Counted from the stretch's first letter, positions 17,865 to 28,558 are shown. The stretch is 64,000 nt of DNA from Bacteroidales bacterium (GCA_963676175.2 CAXXWV010000002.1:132081-196080); one strand, 5' to 3'. A program made the numbers and translations. The notes: generated from the sequence alone by a model not told the origin.

Positions 17865-19064
17865 ATGAAGACAAGAGTAGTGGTCGGATTATCCGGAGGG
17901 GTTGATTCAAGCGTTGCAGCGTGGATTCTGAAAGAACAAGGATATGATGTTTCCGGACTGTTCATGAAAAACTGGCACGATACCACGGGACTTCTTCAGA
18001 GCGACTGTCACTGGGAAGACGATCTCATGTTTGCCGAGATGGTTGCGAAAAAGATAGGTATCCCGTTCAGCATGGTTGACCTTAGTGATCAATACAGAGA
18101 ACGTGTGGTCAATTATATGTTCTCTGAATATGAGAAAGGCAGAACGCCTAATCCGGATGTCTTGTGCAACAGGGAGATCAAATTCGATTCCTTCGCGGAA
18201 GAGGCAAAAAAACTTGGAGGGGAGTTCGTGGCAACCGGACATTATTGCAGAAAAGAACAGATTAATGCAGGCGGCAGCACCATCTACCGTCTGCTTGCCG
18301 GACTAGACAGCAACAAGGATCAGAGCTATTTCCTCTGTCAGGTGAATCAGCAACAGCTTGCCGGTGCACTTTTCCCTATAGGAGGACTAAATAAAACCGA
18401 AGTCCGGTCAATTGCATCGGAACAGAAACTTGCCACTGCCCAGAGAAAAGATTCGCAGGGAATATGCTTTGTAGGGAAAGTTCATCTTCCTACTTTCCTT
18501 CAGCAAAAGCTGCAGGCAAGAAAAGGTCCAATAATTGAGATTACAGATATATCGGTTTTCCCTTCAGCTCCTTCAGGTGTCCCTGATGCCGGTGCAGATG
18601 AAACGTATCTCAGGCAGCTTAGTTCTCCTTTCAGATATGATCCATCTTACGGCAGGATTATCGGTGAACACAATGGAGCTCATTTTTTTACCGTAGGACA
18701 AAGAAAAGGTATGAATGTGGGCGGACATAAAGAAGCTCTTTTTGTAATTGCAACAGACGTTGAGAAGAATATAATTTACACGGGAGAAGGTCATTCTCAT
18801 CCGGGGCTCAACAGAAAAGGACTGTTTATCAGAGATGATGAAGTACACTGGATAAGACCCGATCTTGAAATGCAAACCGGGGAATGTCGCGATTATCTCG
18901 TTCGGATAAGATACCGTCAGCCGTTGCAGGAAGCCAGGATATTCAGATGCGGAAAAGGATATTACATCATCTTCAGAGAACTTCAGAGAGGAATAGCGCC
19001 CGGGCAATTTGCGGCCTGGTACGATGGTGAGGAAGTTGTCGGATCAGGTGTAATAGCAAACTGA
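17865..19064 (+). CDS. mnmA: tRNA 2-thiouridine(34) synthase
   Basis: Has the PP-loop GLSGGVDSSVAA, NPDVLCN, KDQSYFL and KDSQGICF. Confidence 0.93.
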   Translation: MKTRVVVGLSGGVDSSVAAWILKEQGYDVSGLFMKNWHDTTGLLQSDCHWEDDLMFAEMVAKKIGIPFSMVDLSDQYRERVVNYMFSEYEKGRTPNPDVLCNREIKFDSFAEEAKKLGGEFVATGHYCRKEQINAGGSTIYRLLAGLDSNKDQSYFLCQVNQQQLAGALFPIGGLNKTEVRSIASEQKLATAQRKDSQGICFVGKVHLPTFLQQKLQARKGPIIEITDISVFPSAPSGVPDAGADETYLRQLSSPFRYDPSYGRIIGEHNGAHFFTVGQRKGMNVGGHKEALFVIATDVEKNIIYTGEGHSHPGLNRKGLFIRDDEVHWIRPDLEMQTGECRDYLVRIRYRQPLQEARIFRCGKGYYIIFRELQRGIAPGQFAAWYDGEEVVGSGVIAN

Positions 19065-19080
19065 ATTCAGGCAGTTATCT

Positions 19081-20673
19081 TTATTCCACCTTACTGAAAA
19101 GCAGTTTCACATCAGGATCGGGTATGATCTCTTTAATCTCCGCATAAGGAACTTTCACTGTTGTTACCCGTTCAGTCACATGAACTTTCTCACGATGTTC
19201 TCCATTAGCAGAGCTTAACAACAGATCGAGACTGAAATCAAAAAGGTATTTCTGTTTCTGCTCAATTTTAATCTCAGTGGTTCCTGATCGGTCTGAACGT
19301 TTCGTTGATATTTTCAGCTCCGGCTGACCCGGCACCCAAAGCCATTGTCTGAAGAATACTGTCAGTTCTTTACCACTTACTTCCTCCATCACATGTTTAA
19401 AATCGTCAGTCAGCGCATTGGAATTCCTGTATCTGTCAAAAAAAAGCCTTAATCCCTTCAGGAAGCTTTCGTTTCCAATTTCATTCCTGAGCATATGAAG
19501 TACCCAGGCGCCTTTCTGATATGAATTGACGCTGAGAAGATCCATCAGGTTTGTAATCGTTGTGTCAATCACCGGGCCTGGTTTCTTTGCGTAGCTTTTC
19601 AGCACCAGTTCTCTTGTACCGGCCATGTCTGCAGCAAGTTTTTCTTTTCCGTAAACCGATTCCATATACATCGATGTCAGGTAAGTAGCAAAACCTTCGC
19701 TGAGCCAGATATGATGCCAGTCGGCTTCCGAGACACAATCGCCAAACCACTGATGGGCTATTTCGTGTGCCATTAAACCTTCGGATCTGCCTTTGCCGGT
19801 AACTGAATTTTCAGAATAAAAAACAGCGCCGGCATTCTCCAGTCCGCCGTAAATTGTCTTTGACTGCACATTAGCCAGCTTTTCAAACGGATACTTACCA
19901 AGAATGTCACAATAGAACTTCAACGGTCTCAGCGCCGCGGAATAATCGCTGAAACCCTCACTTCTGTTCTGCGGATAAACCCATGCCCATACCGGTATCC
20001 CCTGATAATCTCCGGAATTCTCTACAGCAAACCTTGCCACTCCGAAAGTCATAACCTTCACTGGTATGGGAACATTCTCGTTCCAGCGGGTCATTTTCAT
20101 ATTACCCTGAATTGAAGACTGTTCTACCAGATTGCCATTCGCCACAACATTATATTTTTCAGGAGCGGTTATAATAAATTCTACAGTTGCCTTGTCATAA
20201 GGATGATCGATACATGGCAGATAATTATGCGCCCTGTCAGGCCAGTGATCGGCGAAAAATGTTCTGTCCCCGTATTTATTTCGTGAAATAATAAGTCCAT
20301 CTTTCGGTTTCCCTCTGTAACGGATCATGAATTCAAGAGTATCTGAAGAGGCTATCCTGTCGCCCAGGACAATACCCAGCTTCGAGCTCCCCTGCTTCCA
20401 CCCTATGTCTTTTCCTCGCGATGTTACCGACAACACATTCATTCCATTTCCCTGACTGTCAGAAGCATACAGATCAAGTATCAGTGAATCGCACTTTCCG
20501 GATACACGAAATGTAATAAAAGCGTTCCCTTCAATAATATCTGTGGTATCATTAAGTTTAATATCAAACTCATAATGAAGGATATCAATATTCCTGAAGC
20601 GGGTATATCCGTCAGAAGCATGAAGAGAGACCGAGAGGAAGATCAAAGGCAGAATCCTGACTAACTGTTTCAT
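19081..20673 (-). CDS. M1-family zinc aminopeptidase (secreted)
   Basis: Has a signal peptide, a GGLENAG (GxMEN-type) motif, and HEIAHQWFG-X18-E (WLSEGFATY). Confidence 0.9.
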   Translation of the reverse strand: MKQLVRILPLIFLSVSLHASDGYTRFRNIDILHYEFDIKLNDTTDIIEGNAFITFRVSGKCDSLILDLYASDSQGNGMNVLSVTSRGKDIGWKQGSSKLGIVLGDRIASSDTLEFMIRYRGKPKDGLIISRNKYGDRTFFADHWPDRAHNYLPCIDHPYDKATVEFIITAPEKYNVVANGNLVEQSSIQGNMKMTRWNENVPIPVKVMTFGVARFAVENSGDYQGIPVWAWVYPQNRSEGFSDYSAALRPLKFYCDILGKYPFEKLANVQSKTIYGGLENAGAVFYSENSVTGKGRSEGLMAHEIAHQWFGDCVSEADWHHIWLSEGFATYLTSMYMESVYGKEKLAADMAGTRELVLKSYAKKPGPVIDTTITNLMDLLSVNSYQKGAWVLHMLRNEIGNESFLKGLRLFFDRYRNSNALTDDFKHVMEEVSGKELTVFFRQWLWVPGQPELKISTKRSDRSGTTEIKIEQKQKYLFDFSLDLLLSSANGEHREKVHVTERVTTVKVPYAEIKEIIPDPDVKLLFSKVE

Positions 20674-20779
20674 AAATATTGAATTATTGTCATCCCGGAT
20701 TACTAACGCATAAAAGAATAAAACCTGCTTCAGACCGGCAATTATTCAAAGATAAGAGATCCAAATGGCTGTTCACAAC

Positions 20780-21688
20780 TCAGACGGCAACGGTATTTTC
20801 TGCACGTGGCCGGCTGACAATGAAAACGCCTGTGAATATGAGTAAACCAGCCATGATCATTATAAAATCAATCCTGTCCTGCCCCAGCACGGAAGCCAGA
20901 TAGGCGGCAACCACCGGCTGGGTATAGGTATAGGTGCTCACAATAGTAGGGCTCAGCCTCCTCAGTCCGAAAGTGATCAGAAGATACCCGAGATAGGTCG
21001 CAAAAACTGCGACAAATCCGATCGAAAGATATCCTTTCAAAGGAATAGCCGACCAATCCATGGTGCTCCATTGACCATAACCGGCAGGGCCGGTAACAAG
21101 GAGACCGAAGAAGAAAGTCCATTTCATGACTGTAACCGGACTGTATTTTTCAAGCATCCTCTTAATGATAACAGTATAAAATGCCCAGCTTATTGTGTTT
21201 ATGATAGTAATAACATCTCCCAGGAAAGTTGAGCTCCCCCAGTCAGGTGTCCCGTTTTTTAGAATAAGGATCATCACACCTGTCAGACCGAGAGCCAAAC
21301 CGCCACCTTTGAGCACCGTGATTTGTTCCCTGAGAATTATTGCGGCAAATACAAAAGCAAAGATCGGATTGGTGGATATAAGTATTGATGAATTTATAGG
21401 TGAGGTCATATTCAAACCGGCAAGGAAAAAAATCTGGTTGATCACGACACCGAAAAGAGAACATCCCATAAGATAAAGAAGGTCTTTTCCGTTTACTTTT
21501 TCTTTTGGGAGGAAAAGGCCGGTTATCCAGAATAGTATTGTTGCAACAAGATTACGAACAGATACAAGGGCAAGGGGCTTAATATACCCCGGCATCACTG
21601 ATTTAGCAATTGAAAAGTTAATACCGTATATAGCATTAGCAGAAAGCAAGGCTACATGAGCCCATGTATTGAACAGTTTTCTTCCCAT
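20780..21688 (-). CDS. EamA/DMT-family transporter
   Basis: 302 aa with about 10 TM segments in two repeated halves, typical of the DMT superfamily. Confidence 0.8.
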   Translation of the reverse strand: MGRKLFNTWAHVALLSANAIYGINFSIAKSVMPGYIKPLALVSVRNLVATILFWITGLFLPKEKVNGKDLLYLMGCSLFGVVINQIFFLAGLNMTSPINSSILISTNPIFAFVFAAIILREQITVLKGGGLALGLTGVMILILKNGTPDWGSSTFLGDVITIINTISWAFYTVIIKRMLEKYSPVTVMKWTFFFGLLVTGPAGYGQWSTMDWSAIPLKGYLSIGFVAVFATYLGYLLITFGLRRLSPTIVSTYTYTQPVVAAYLASVLGQDRIDFIMIMAGLLIFTGVFIVSRPRAENTVAV

Positions 21689-21704
21689 TTTGAAATTTGT
21701 GCCG

Positions 21705-21712
21705 CAAAAGTA
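21705..21712 (-). promoter_or_regulatory. candidate -7 promoter box (TACTTTTG) for the EamA gene
   Basis: The minus strand reads TACTTTTG 16 nt upstream of the start at 21688. Confidence 0.4.
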
Positions 21713-21780
21713 GGAAAAGGGACAGGATTATCAAAACAACTACAATAATGATCATGTTTTCCGATTCGTCCTTATTCGGT

Positions 21781-21788
21781 ATATTTGA
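21781..21788 (+). promoter_or_regulatory. candidate -7 promoter box (TATATTTG) for the SDR gene
   Basis: TAnnTTTG match 60 nt upstream of the ATG at 21849. Confidence 0.3.
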
Positions 21789-21848
21789 CGGCGACCATGA
21801 ACTTACAGCAAATTGAATCGTTCTATCATTTATTAAACTGACATTATT

Positions 21849-22553
21849 ATGGGTACAAGAATATCATTGATCAGCGGAGGAGCCAGCGGGCTTGGTCTGG
21901 AGCTTGCTGATCAGCTGATCAGGGCAGGCAGAAAGGTAATGATCATTGGCAGGAACAGCGACAAACTGAAAAGAGCAGTTGCAAGGCTTGAAAAAACTGC
22001 CGGTGAAGACACTGTGTTTTCGTTACCTTGTAATATCGGGAAACAAGATGATGTAAGCAAAGTCGGGAAATTTTTAAAGGACCATGATCTGGATACAGAA
22101 TACCTGTTCAACAACGCTGGCAAAGGCCTGGTAACCGGAACAGAATCAAGCACATCAGAGTTGATAGACAGTATCTTTGAGGCTAACCTTAAAGGTATGA
22201 TCCTTCTTACTACAGAAATACTCCGCATCACTCCTCCAAGCCAGGAGTTAACCATTGTAAACATAATGTCGACCTCTGCCCTAATTGGAAGATCACAGGA
22301 AACTATCTACTGTGCCGCGAAGTTCGGGGCAAGAGGATATACTGAAGCTTTACGTGCAGAACTCAAAGGAAGCAAAAGGAACGTGATTGCGGTTTACCCC
22401 GGAGGCATGAAAACTGATTTCTGGAACATGGAAGGTCAGAATAAAGACCTGAGCGGATTCATGGATCCGGCAGTTGTTGCCGAAAAGATTGTGAGTGCTG
22501 TTAAGGCATCTGACAGGATGTTAGTTACCGACATCACTATCAACAGGAAGTAG
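21849..22553 (+). CDS. short-chain dehydrogenase/reductase (SDR) family oxidoreductase
   Basis: Has the Rossmann motif SGGASGLG, NNAG and the catalytic YCAAK motif. Confidence 0.85.
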   Translation: MGTRISLISGGASGLGLELADQLIRAGRKVMIIGRNSDKLKRAVARLEKTAGEDTVFSLPCNIGKQDDVSKVGKFLKDHDLDTEYLFNNAGKGLVTGTESSTSELIDSIFEANLKGMILLTTEILRITPPSQELTIVNIMSTSALIGRSQETIYCAAKFGARGYTEALRAELKGSKRNVIAVYPGGMKTDFWNMEGQNKDLSGFMDPAVVAEKIVSAVKASDRMLVTDITINRK

Positions 22554-22626
22554 TTCTATCCAACCTGTTCAGCTTGTAAGATACACAGAAAGGTCTGGTG
22601 GAATATTCCGGGGCCAGAGCTTTATG

Positions 22627-23766
22627 CTAGGACAATCTGTCTTTATAATCATGATACCCGAACTCCCTGATGAGTCTGAACCTGCCATCCTGTGTCCACA
22701 TTCCGATTGAAGGATGATGGACGCCGTTGAAAGTGGTAGTCTTCACCATCGTATAATGGATCATGTCCAGAAACACCACCTTATCACCCGGTATAAGCTG
22801 TTTCTCAAAGCACCAGTCGCCCATTACATCGCCGGACAGGCATGAGTTGCCACCAAGCCGGTAAGTCATTCTGCCGGGGACGGGATCAGTGGCTCCGAGA
22901 ATTTTTGGTTTATACGGCATCTCCAGACAGTCGGGCATGTGGGCAGTAAATGAAACGTCGAGTATTGCGGTGGTAATCCCATTATTAACAACTATATCTT
23001 CCACCGTTGAAACCAGTTCTCCTGTTTCCCAGCCAAAAGCGCTGCCCGGTTCGAGAATAACATGCAGCCCTGTCTGTTCTCTGAAATCTTTCAACAAAGC
23101 GATCAGATGATCAGTTTCATAGCCTTTTCTGGTCACCAGGTGACCGCCTCCCATATTTATCCATTTCAGATTTTTGAAATATTTTCCGAACCTGGATTTA
23201 ACAACTTCAAGCACTTTCTCAAGGGCATGTGAATCAGATTCAAACAGAACATGAAAATGTAGCCCCTCTATTCCTTCAGGCAGCCCTTCTTTCAGATCCT
23301 CAGCAACAATGCCAAGCCGGGAACCTGGGGAACAGGGATTGTATAATCCGTGACTGATCTCAGAAAATTCAGGGTTGATCCTCAATCCTGCTGATATCTT
23401 GCGAGGATAATCCCTGAGCCGATCAGCAAATTTCCTGTACTGATTTAATGAATTGAATGTAATATGAGAACTGTAAGTCATTATTGCATCAAAATCCTCC
23501 TCCTTATATGCAGGAGAATATGTATGTGCAAATGATCCGATTTCCTCAAAACAAAGATGCGCTTCATCGGCTGAACTGGCAGCTGCTCCGCTTATATACT
23601 CCCGTAGGACAGGAAAGACGCCCCACATGGCAAATCCTTTGAAAGCAAGAATTATTTCTGCACCTGATCTGTGCGCAATCTGACTGATCAGGGCAAGATT
23701 ATTACGGAATCTTACCTCATCTATCACATAGCATGGAGACGGGATCTTACTGTAATCAATGTCCAA
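22627..23766 (-). CDS. nspC: carboxynorspermidine/carboxyspermidine decarboxylase
   Basis: 379 aa with a type-III PLP decarboxylase fold (PSPCYVIDE, GGGH, EPGSA). It is paired with the synthase gene immediately upstream. Confidence 0.85.
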   Translation of the reverse strand: MDIDYSKIPSPCYVIDEVRFRNNLALISQIAHRSGAEIILAFKGFAMWGVFPVLREYISGAAASSADEAHLCFEEIGSFAHTYSPAYKEEDFDAIMTYSSHITFNSLNQYRKFADRLRDYPRKISAGLRINPEFSEISHGLYNPCSPGSRLGIVAEDLKEGLPEGIEGLHFHVLFESDSHALEKVLEVVKSRFGKYFKNLKWINMGGGHLVTRKGYETDHLIALLKDFREQTGLHVILEPGSAFGWETGELVSTVEDIVVNNGITTAILDVSFTAHMPDCLEMPYKPKILGATDPVPGRMTYRLGGNSCLSGDVMGDWCFEKQLIPGDKVVFLDMIHYTMVKTTTFNGVHHPSIGMWTQDGRFRLIREFGYHDYKDRLS

Positions 23767-23781
23767 AGCAAAACTACGTTT

Positions 23782-24975
23782 TTACAGTTCAAGGTCAATA
23801 TCATGAAGTTCCACCCATGGAAGTCCATGTTGATTGAGAGCATCCATAAACGGATCCGGATCAAACTCTTCAACATTGTATACACCCTGTTTCTTCCATA
23901 AGTTTTTCAGGTACATCATCGCTCCTATGGCAGCGGGAACGCCTGTAGTATAGCTCACTGCCTGCGCTCCTGTTTCAGCGTAGGCAACTTCGTGACTGCA
24001 ATTGTTATAAATGTAATAAGTCTTTTCCTTCCCTCCGCGTATACCTTTTATCCTGCAACCGATTGAAGTTTTGCCTTTATAGTTCTCTCCAAGTTCACCA
24101 GGATCGGGCAACACGGCTTTCAGGAACTGGATTGGGATTATCTCTCTTCCCTCAAACATGATTGGTTCGATGCCCGCCATTCCTATGTTCTGAATAACAC
24201 GAAGGTGAGTGAGGTACTCCTGACCAAAAGTCATCCAGAACCTGGCTCTGCGGATCGTGGGAAAATTCACAACAAGGGACTCAAGCTCCTCATGGTAGAT
24301 CAGATAGGATTCCTTCGGACCTATCTCCGGATAATTCAATGGTTTATGAATAGCATGAGGTTTTGTTGTGATCCATTTACCATCTTCCCAGTATTTCCCC
24401 TTCTGTGTCACTTCCCTGATATTGATCTCGGGATTGAAATTTGTCGCAAAAGGTTTTCCATGATCACCTGCATTGCAGTCTACTATATCCAGATAATGAA
24501 TCTCATCGAAATGATGTTTGGCAGCATATGCTGTAAAAACAGATGTCACCCCGGGATCGAATCCACAGCCCAATATAGCTGTGATCCCTGCCTTCTTATA
24601 TTTTTCGCGGTAAGCCCATTGCCAGCTGTATTCATATTTTGCCTCCTCAAGAGGCTCATAATTTGCTGTGTCAAGATAAGAAACGCCGGCTTCCAGACAG
24701 GCATCCATAATATGGAGATCCTGGTAAGGAAGTGCAACATTGACAACAATGTCAGGCTTGAATGACTTTATCAGTCTGACCAGTTGCGGAACATCATCAG
24801 CGTCAACCTGTGCGGTTTTAATCCTGTCAGTTCCAAGTCTGGCTGCCAGGGCATCACATTTTGATTTCGTTCTGCTGGCAATTAAAATTTCTGAAAAAAC
24901 TTCCGGAAGTGAAGCCATCTTGCTTACCACAACAGTACCTACACCACCGGCGCCGATCACCAATACTTTTCCCAT
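23782..24975 (-). CDS. carboxynorspermidine synthase (saccharopine dehydrogenase family)
   Basis: 397 aa with an N-terminal Rossmann motif, VLVIGAGGVGTVV. Family size and adjacency to nspC also fit. Confidence 0.82.
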   Translation of the reverse strand: MGKVLVIGAGGVGTVVVSKMASLPEVFSEILIASRTKSKCDALAARLGTDRIKTAQVDADDVPQLVRLIKSFKPDIVVNVALPYQDLHIMDACLEAGVSYLDTANYEPLEEAKYEYSWQWAYREKYKKAGITAILGCGFDPGVTSVFTAYAAKHHFDEIHYLDIVDCNAGDHGKPFATNFNPEINIREVTQKGKYWEDGKWITTKPHAIHKPLNYPEIGPKESYLIYHEELESLVVNFPTIRRARFWMTFGQEYLTHLRVIQNIGMAGIEPIMFEGREIIPIQFLKAVLPDPGELGENYKGKTSIGCRIKGIRGGKEKTYYIYNNCSHEVAYAETGAQAVSYTTGVPAAIGAMMYLKNLWKKQGVYNVEEFDPDPFMDALNQHGLPWVELHDIDLEL

Positions 24976-25281
24976 ATCAACATATTAAATTATCATTAAG
25001 ACAGATAGCAATACCTGTATAAAATCGTGAGCTGTCTAATACATATCTGTGGTAAATCCGAAAACTGATAAGCAAACTGATCAACTAATAATTCTCTGCC
25101 GGATACAACAGACTTAAAAACGTAACTATCCCTGAACAAAATTCCGCCCCAAATATAAGATTTAATCTGACCTCTCGATTATTTACAGCATTACAAATTA
25201 TATGCTTTTGTTCAAGGATGAAACAACAAGCGATTGGAATTCATTTCTCTTTATATTTGTACCGGAATTTCCCATTAATAA

Positions 25282-26727
25282 ATGAAACTGATACACCCTT
25301 TTCTCATTCTCAGGATGCTGAGCAGGATACTTCTCATCGAGACTATCGCATTTCTTTTCTGTATTCCTGTTGCAATTATCTACGGGGAGAATTCAGAGCC
25401 CTTCATTATCTCAGCTGCCCTAACTCTCCTGTTATCGGCTATGTTTTTTTTGTCAGGAAAGAGATCTGATCCCGACAAATTCTCAAACAGAGATGGTTAT
25501 CTTTCGATAGTTTTATCATGGGTGGTATTTGCGGTGTTCGGCACTCTTCCGTATCTTCTGAGCAGCTCCATTACATCGTTCACGGATGCATTTTTTGAAT
25601 CCGCTTCAGGATTTACCACTACCGGGTCGACAGTGATCAGGGATGTTGAAAGCCTGAAGTACTCGGTCCTCTTCTGGAGAAGTCTCACCCACTGGGTCGG
25701 AGGTATCGGCATAATAATACTTGTTATTGCCATCCTGCCATCACTGAGAGTGACAGGATATCAATTATTCAGCCTGGAATCCTCGATGAAAGAAAAGATC
25801 CACCCGAAAACAAGATCTATAGGTTTCAGAATATTATTCATTTACCTCGCACTGACCGTTGCCCAGATCATACTGTTAAGCTTTGGTGACATGAACCTTT
25901 TCGACAGCATTTGTCATTCTTTCGGAACCATTTCAGCGGGAGGCTTCTCGACAAAAAACGACAGTATGATGTCATATTCGTCATACAGTCAATATATTGT
26001 TTTACTATTTATGTTCCTTGCCGGGATCAGTCAGGTAATATATTACTTCATTATCAAGGGGAATTTCAAGAAGGTACAACAGAATGAGGAGTTGTGGTTT
26101 TATCTGGTTGTGGCCCTGATTGCCGGATCGATCGCCACCATAACATTGTTGGCAAATTCCACACGGACTTTTGAGGAATCGTTCAGAGAGGGATTCTTTC
26201 AGATCATTTCAATGCTGTCATGTTCAGGATATTACTCAGCTGACTATACTTTATGGCCAATGTCTTCAGCCCTATTAATCTTCCTCATAATGTTTGCCGG
26301 AGGAAGCACAGGATCTGCCAGCGGTGGTATTAAGATGGCAAGACATCTGATAGTAATGAAAAATATCAAAAACCTTTTCATTAGACTTAATCATCCCAAA
26401 TCGGTCACTTTTATCAGGTTAAATGGAAAAGTAATTTCCGAAACTGCAAATATTTCAGTCCTCTCTTTTGTAGTCCTGTATCTGTTTGTTTTTCTTGCAG
26501 GGACAATAGTAATTGTTCTTACCGGGACCGACACGGTTACAGCATCAAGTGCAGTTGCATCGTGTATGGCCTCCATAGGACCAGGCCTAGGGTCAGTTGG
26601 ACCGTCAGCAAGTTTTGCCGACATGCCGGAAATGGCCAAGATCGTACTCAGTATTCTTATGATTGCAGGAAGACTTGAACTTATAGCTCTGTTCGTGATC
26701 TTTACCCGGACATTCTGGAAAATATGA
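25282..26727 (+). CDS. trkH: TrkH-family potassium uptake protein
   Basis: 481 aa polytopic protein with repeated selectivity-filter-like motifs (TTTGST, SAGGFST, CSGYYS, STGSASGGIK). Confidence 0.88.
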   Translation: MKLIHPFLILRMLSRILLIETIAFLFCIPVAIIYGENSEPFIISAALTLLLSAMFFLSGKRSDPDKFSNRDGYLSIVLSWVVFAVFGTLPYLLSSSITSFTDAFFESASGFTTTGSTVIRDVESLKYSVLFWRSLTHWVGGIGIIILVIAILPSLRVTGYQLFSLESSMKEKIHPKTRSIGFRILFIYLALTVAQIILLSFGDMNLFDSICHSFGTISAGGFSTKNDSMMSYSSYSQYIVLLFMFLAGISQVIYYFIIKGNFKKVQQNEELWFYLVVALIAGSIATITLLANSTRTFEESFREGFFQIISMLSCSGYYSADYTLWPMSSALLIFLIMFAGGSTGSASGGIKMARHLIVMKNIKNLFIRLNHPKSVTFIRLNGKVISETANISVLSFVVLYLFVFLAGTIVIVLTGTDTVTASSAVASCMASIGPGLGSVGPSASFADMPEMAKIVLSILMIAGRLELIALFVIFTRTFWKI

Positions 26728-26737
26728 CCGGAACGGG

Positions 26738-27460
26738 TCAGGATTGATCCGCAAGAAGCTTTCTTACAAGAGAAAGGCTTTCAGGAGTACCTACATCGAC
26801 CCAGTACCCTTCATCATGCTTCAGGGTATAAATTCTATGTTCAGCAGCCAGTTTCAGGTAAAGATCGATAAGGGTATATTTTCCTTCTGTCATATAACTG
26901 AATATCTCCGGTTCGGCAATGTGCATGCTCGAAAATGCAATTTCGGATAATTCATCAGAGTAACCGTTTTCAAGGATCTGTTCTCCTGTTACTATGTTCC
27001 TCCATCCTCTAAGCCTGCCGTCATTGTCAACCAGGAGGAATCGTTTTCCCTCGCGATGTCTCACAGCGAGTGTTGCGAGACCTTTCTTTGCAAGGTGGTG
27101 ACTGTAGAGAGCTGACAGATCCAGATCTGAAACGATATCCACATTATACATCAGAAAAGGTGAATTATCGAAGAAATGCCTTGCTTTAAAAAGGCCGCCT
27201 CCGTTTTCAAGAAGCTCACTCCGTTCATCTGAAATAGAAATTCTGTAACCCATCCGGTTAAGTTTCTTCACTTCCTCTTCAACCATATCTGCAAAATGGT
27301 GGACATTGATAATAATATCGTCAAAACCGGCACGGGTACATTTTTCCACTGCACGGTGCAGAACGGTCTTCCCGTTTACATCAACAAGCGCTTTAGGTAT
27401 TGTCTTTGTTATTTCGCCAAGGCGTCTGCCCATCCCGGCCGCGAAGATCATCGCTTTCAT
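26738..27460 (-). CDS. MurU-like sugar-1-phosphate nucleotidyltransferase
   Basis: Has the N-terminal motif IFAAGMGRRLGEIT..PKALV. It is 240 aa and lies directly downstream of an AmgK-like kinase gene. Confidence 0.75.
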   Translation of the reverse strand: MKAMIFAAGMGRRLGEITKTIPKALVDVNGKTVLHRAVEKCTRAGFDDIIINVHHFADMVEEEVKKLNRMGYRISISDERSELLENGGGLFKARHFFDNSPFLMYNVDIVSDLDLSALYSHHLAKKGLATLAVRHREGKRFLLVDNDGRLRGWRNIVTGEQILENGYSDELSEIAFSSMHIAEPEIFSYMTEGKYTLIDLYLKLAAEHRIYTLKHDEGYWVDVGTPESLSLVRKLLADQS

Positions 27461-27517
27461 CAGTCTTTCAATTCAATAAACTATTGCAAAATAATACTGT
27501 ATATTGTACAGAGTCTG

Positions 27518-28558
27518 CTAAATATCCTCCTTCCCCTGTTCAAGATCCCTGTATATTTTCACTGAAGTAATTGCCTTTGCTGTCTGGAAAAGCTCAGGCA
27601 GTGTTACAGGAAGCTTTCCCGAATCAACTAACAGAAGAAGAAGACTCACCGCAGGAACAATGCTGCCTGTAAAAGTAGGTTTCCGTTCATATAATCCCCT
27701 GAAACCGAAGGCGCCCATGGCCTGCATAAGCCTTATCATACTGAATCCTGTAAAAAATCCGGTAAATTCCTCCCTGCTTTCACCGGTAACTGAGCAGAAT
27801 GAAGTGATATAGTGATCAAGAAGCCGCTGGCGTGACGCATCAGGTATGCGAGCCTTAGCATCAAACAGAAGAGATGCAACATCGTACTGGGGAGCACCTT
27901 TGCGACCACCCTGATAATCAATGAACCAGGGATCTCCTTCAATAAGCATGACATTAGCCGATTGAAAATCACGATAAAGGAAATACTCCTGACCTGCTTC
28001 CAGCAGGAAATCGGCAAGCTTTTCAAAATCATGCTCGAGTCTCCGCTCATTGAAAGGAACAGCCAGTAACTTGAGGAACATATACTTGAAATAATTCATA
28101 TCCCACATCATCGATTGTCTGTCAAAGCTGCGGTGAGGATAGCATAATTCAAGATTAAGTCCTTTTATCCCTTCGGTCTGGAACAGGATCAGCCTGTCAA
28201 GGATCTTACGGTAGATCTGCTCTGCCTCGGAGTCGAATCCTTCCGATGATTGTCTTTGCTGAAGCCAGCCAAAAAGGTTGATATCCCCGAGATCCTTCAG
28301 ATAATAAACATTTTTTTCAGGAAGGTAACCATAGACCTGCGGAACAGGAAGATTTTTTGAAAGGAAATGACCAGTAAATCCCACAAATGCCTCATTCTCT
28401 TCCTGATTGGTGTTATAAGCACCGATCATACTTCCGGAGCTTCCAATGATCCTGAAATACTTCCTGTCGGAACCCGATTGAGGAAGAGATCTGACTTCAG
28501 CATCGGAGGAACCGAAAAGCTTCCTGTATCCCTGCAAAACTATTTCAATTACATCCAT
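27518..28558 (-). CDS. AmgK-like anomeric sugar kinase (aminoglycoside phosphotransferase fold)
   Basis: Has the APH-fold catalytic region YRDFQSANVM...FIDYQGG. It is paired with the MurU-like gene. Confidence 0.72.
   Translation of the reverse strand: MDVIEIVLQGYRKLFGSSDAEVRSLPQSGSDRKYFRIIGSSGSMIGAYNTNQEENEAFVGFTGHFLSKNLPVPQVYGYLPEKNVYYLKDLGDINLFGWLQQRQSSEGFDSEAEQIYRKILDRLILFQTEGIKGLNLELCYPHRSFDRQSMMWDMNYFKYMFLKLLAVPFNERRLEHDFEKLADFLLEAGQEYFLYRDFQSANVMLIEGDPWFIDYQGGRKGAPQYDVASLLFDAKARIPDASRQRLLDHYITSFCSVTGESREEFTGFFTGFSMIRLMQAMGAFGFRGLYERKPTFTGSIVPAVSLLLLLVDSGKLPVTLPELFQTAKAITSVKIYRDLEQGKEDI

Noticed and set aside
24205-24765. 186-aa plus-strand ORF, together with the many other 60-190-aa ORFs nested in or antisense to large genes (e.g. 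3454..3783, 18573..19007, 31897..32475, 33018..33422, 61049..61483, 61606..62037)
   Set aside because: Each lies entirely inside a longer ORF on the other strand or frame that has clear family motifs. These are typical shadow ORFs.
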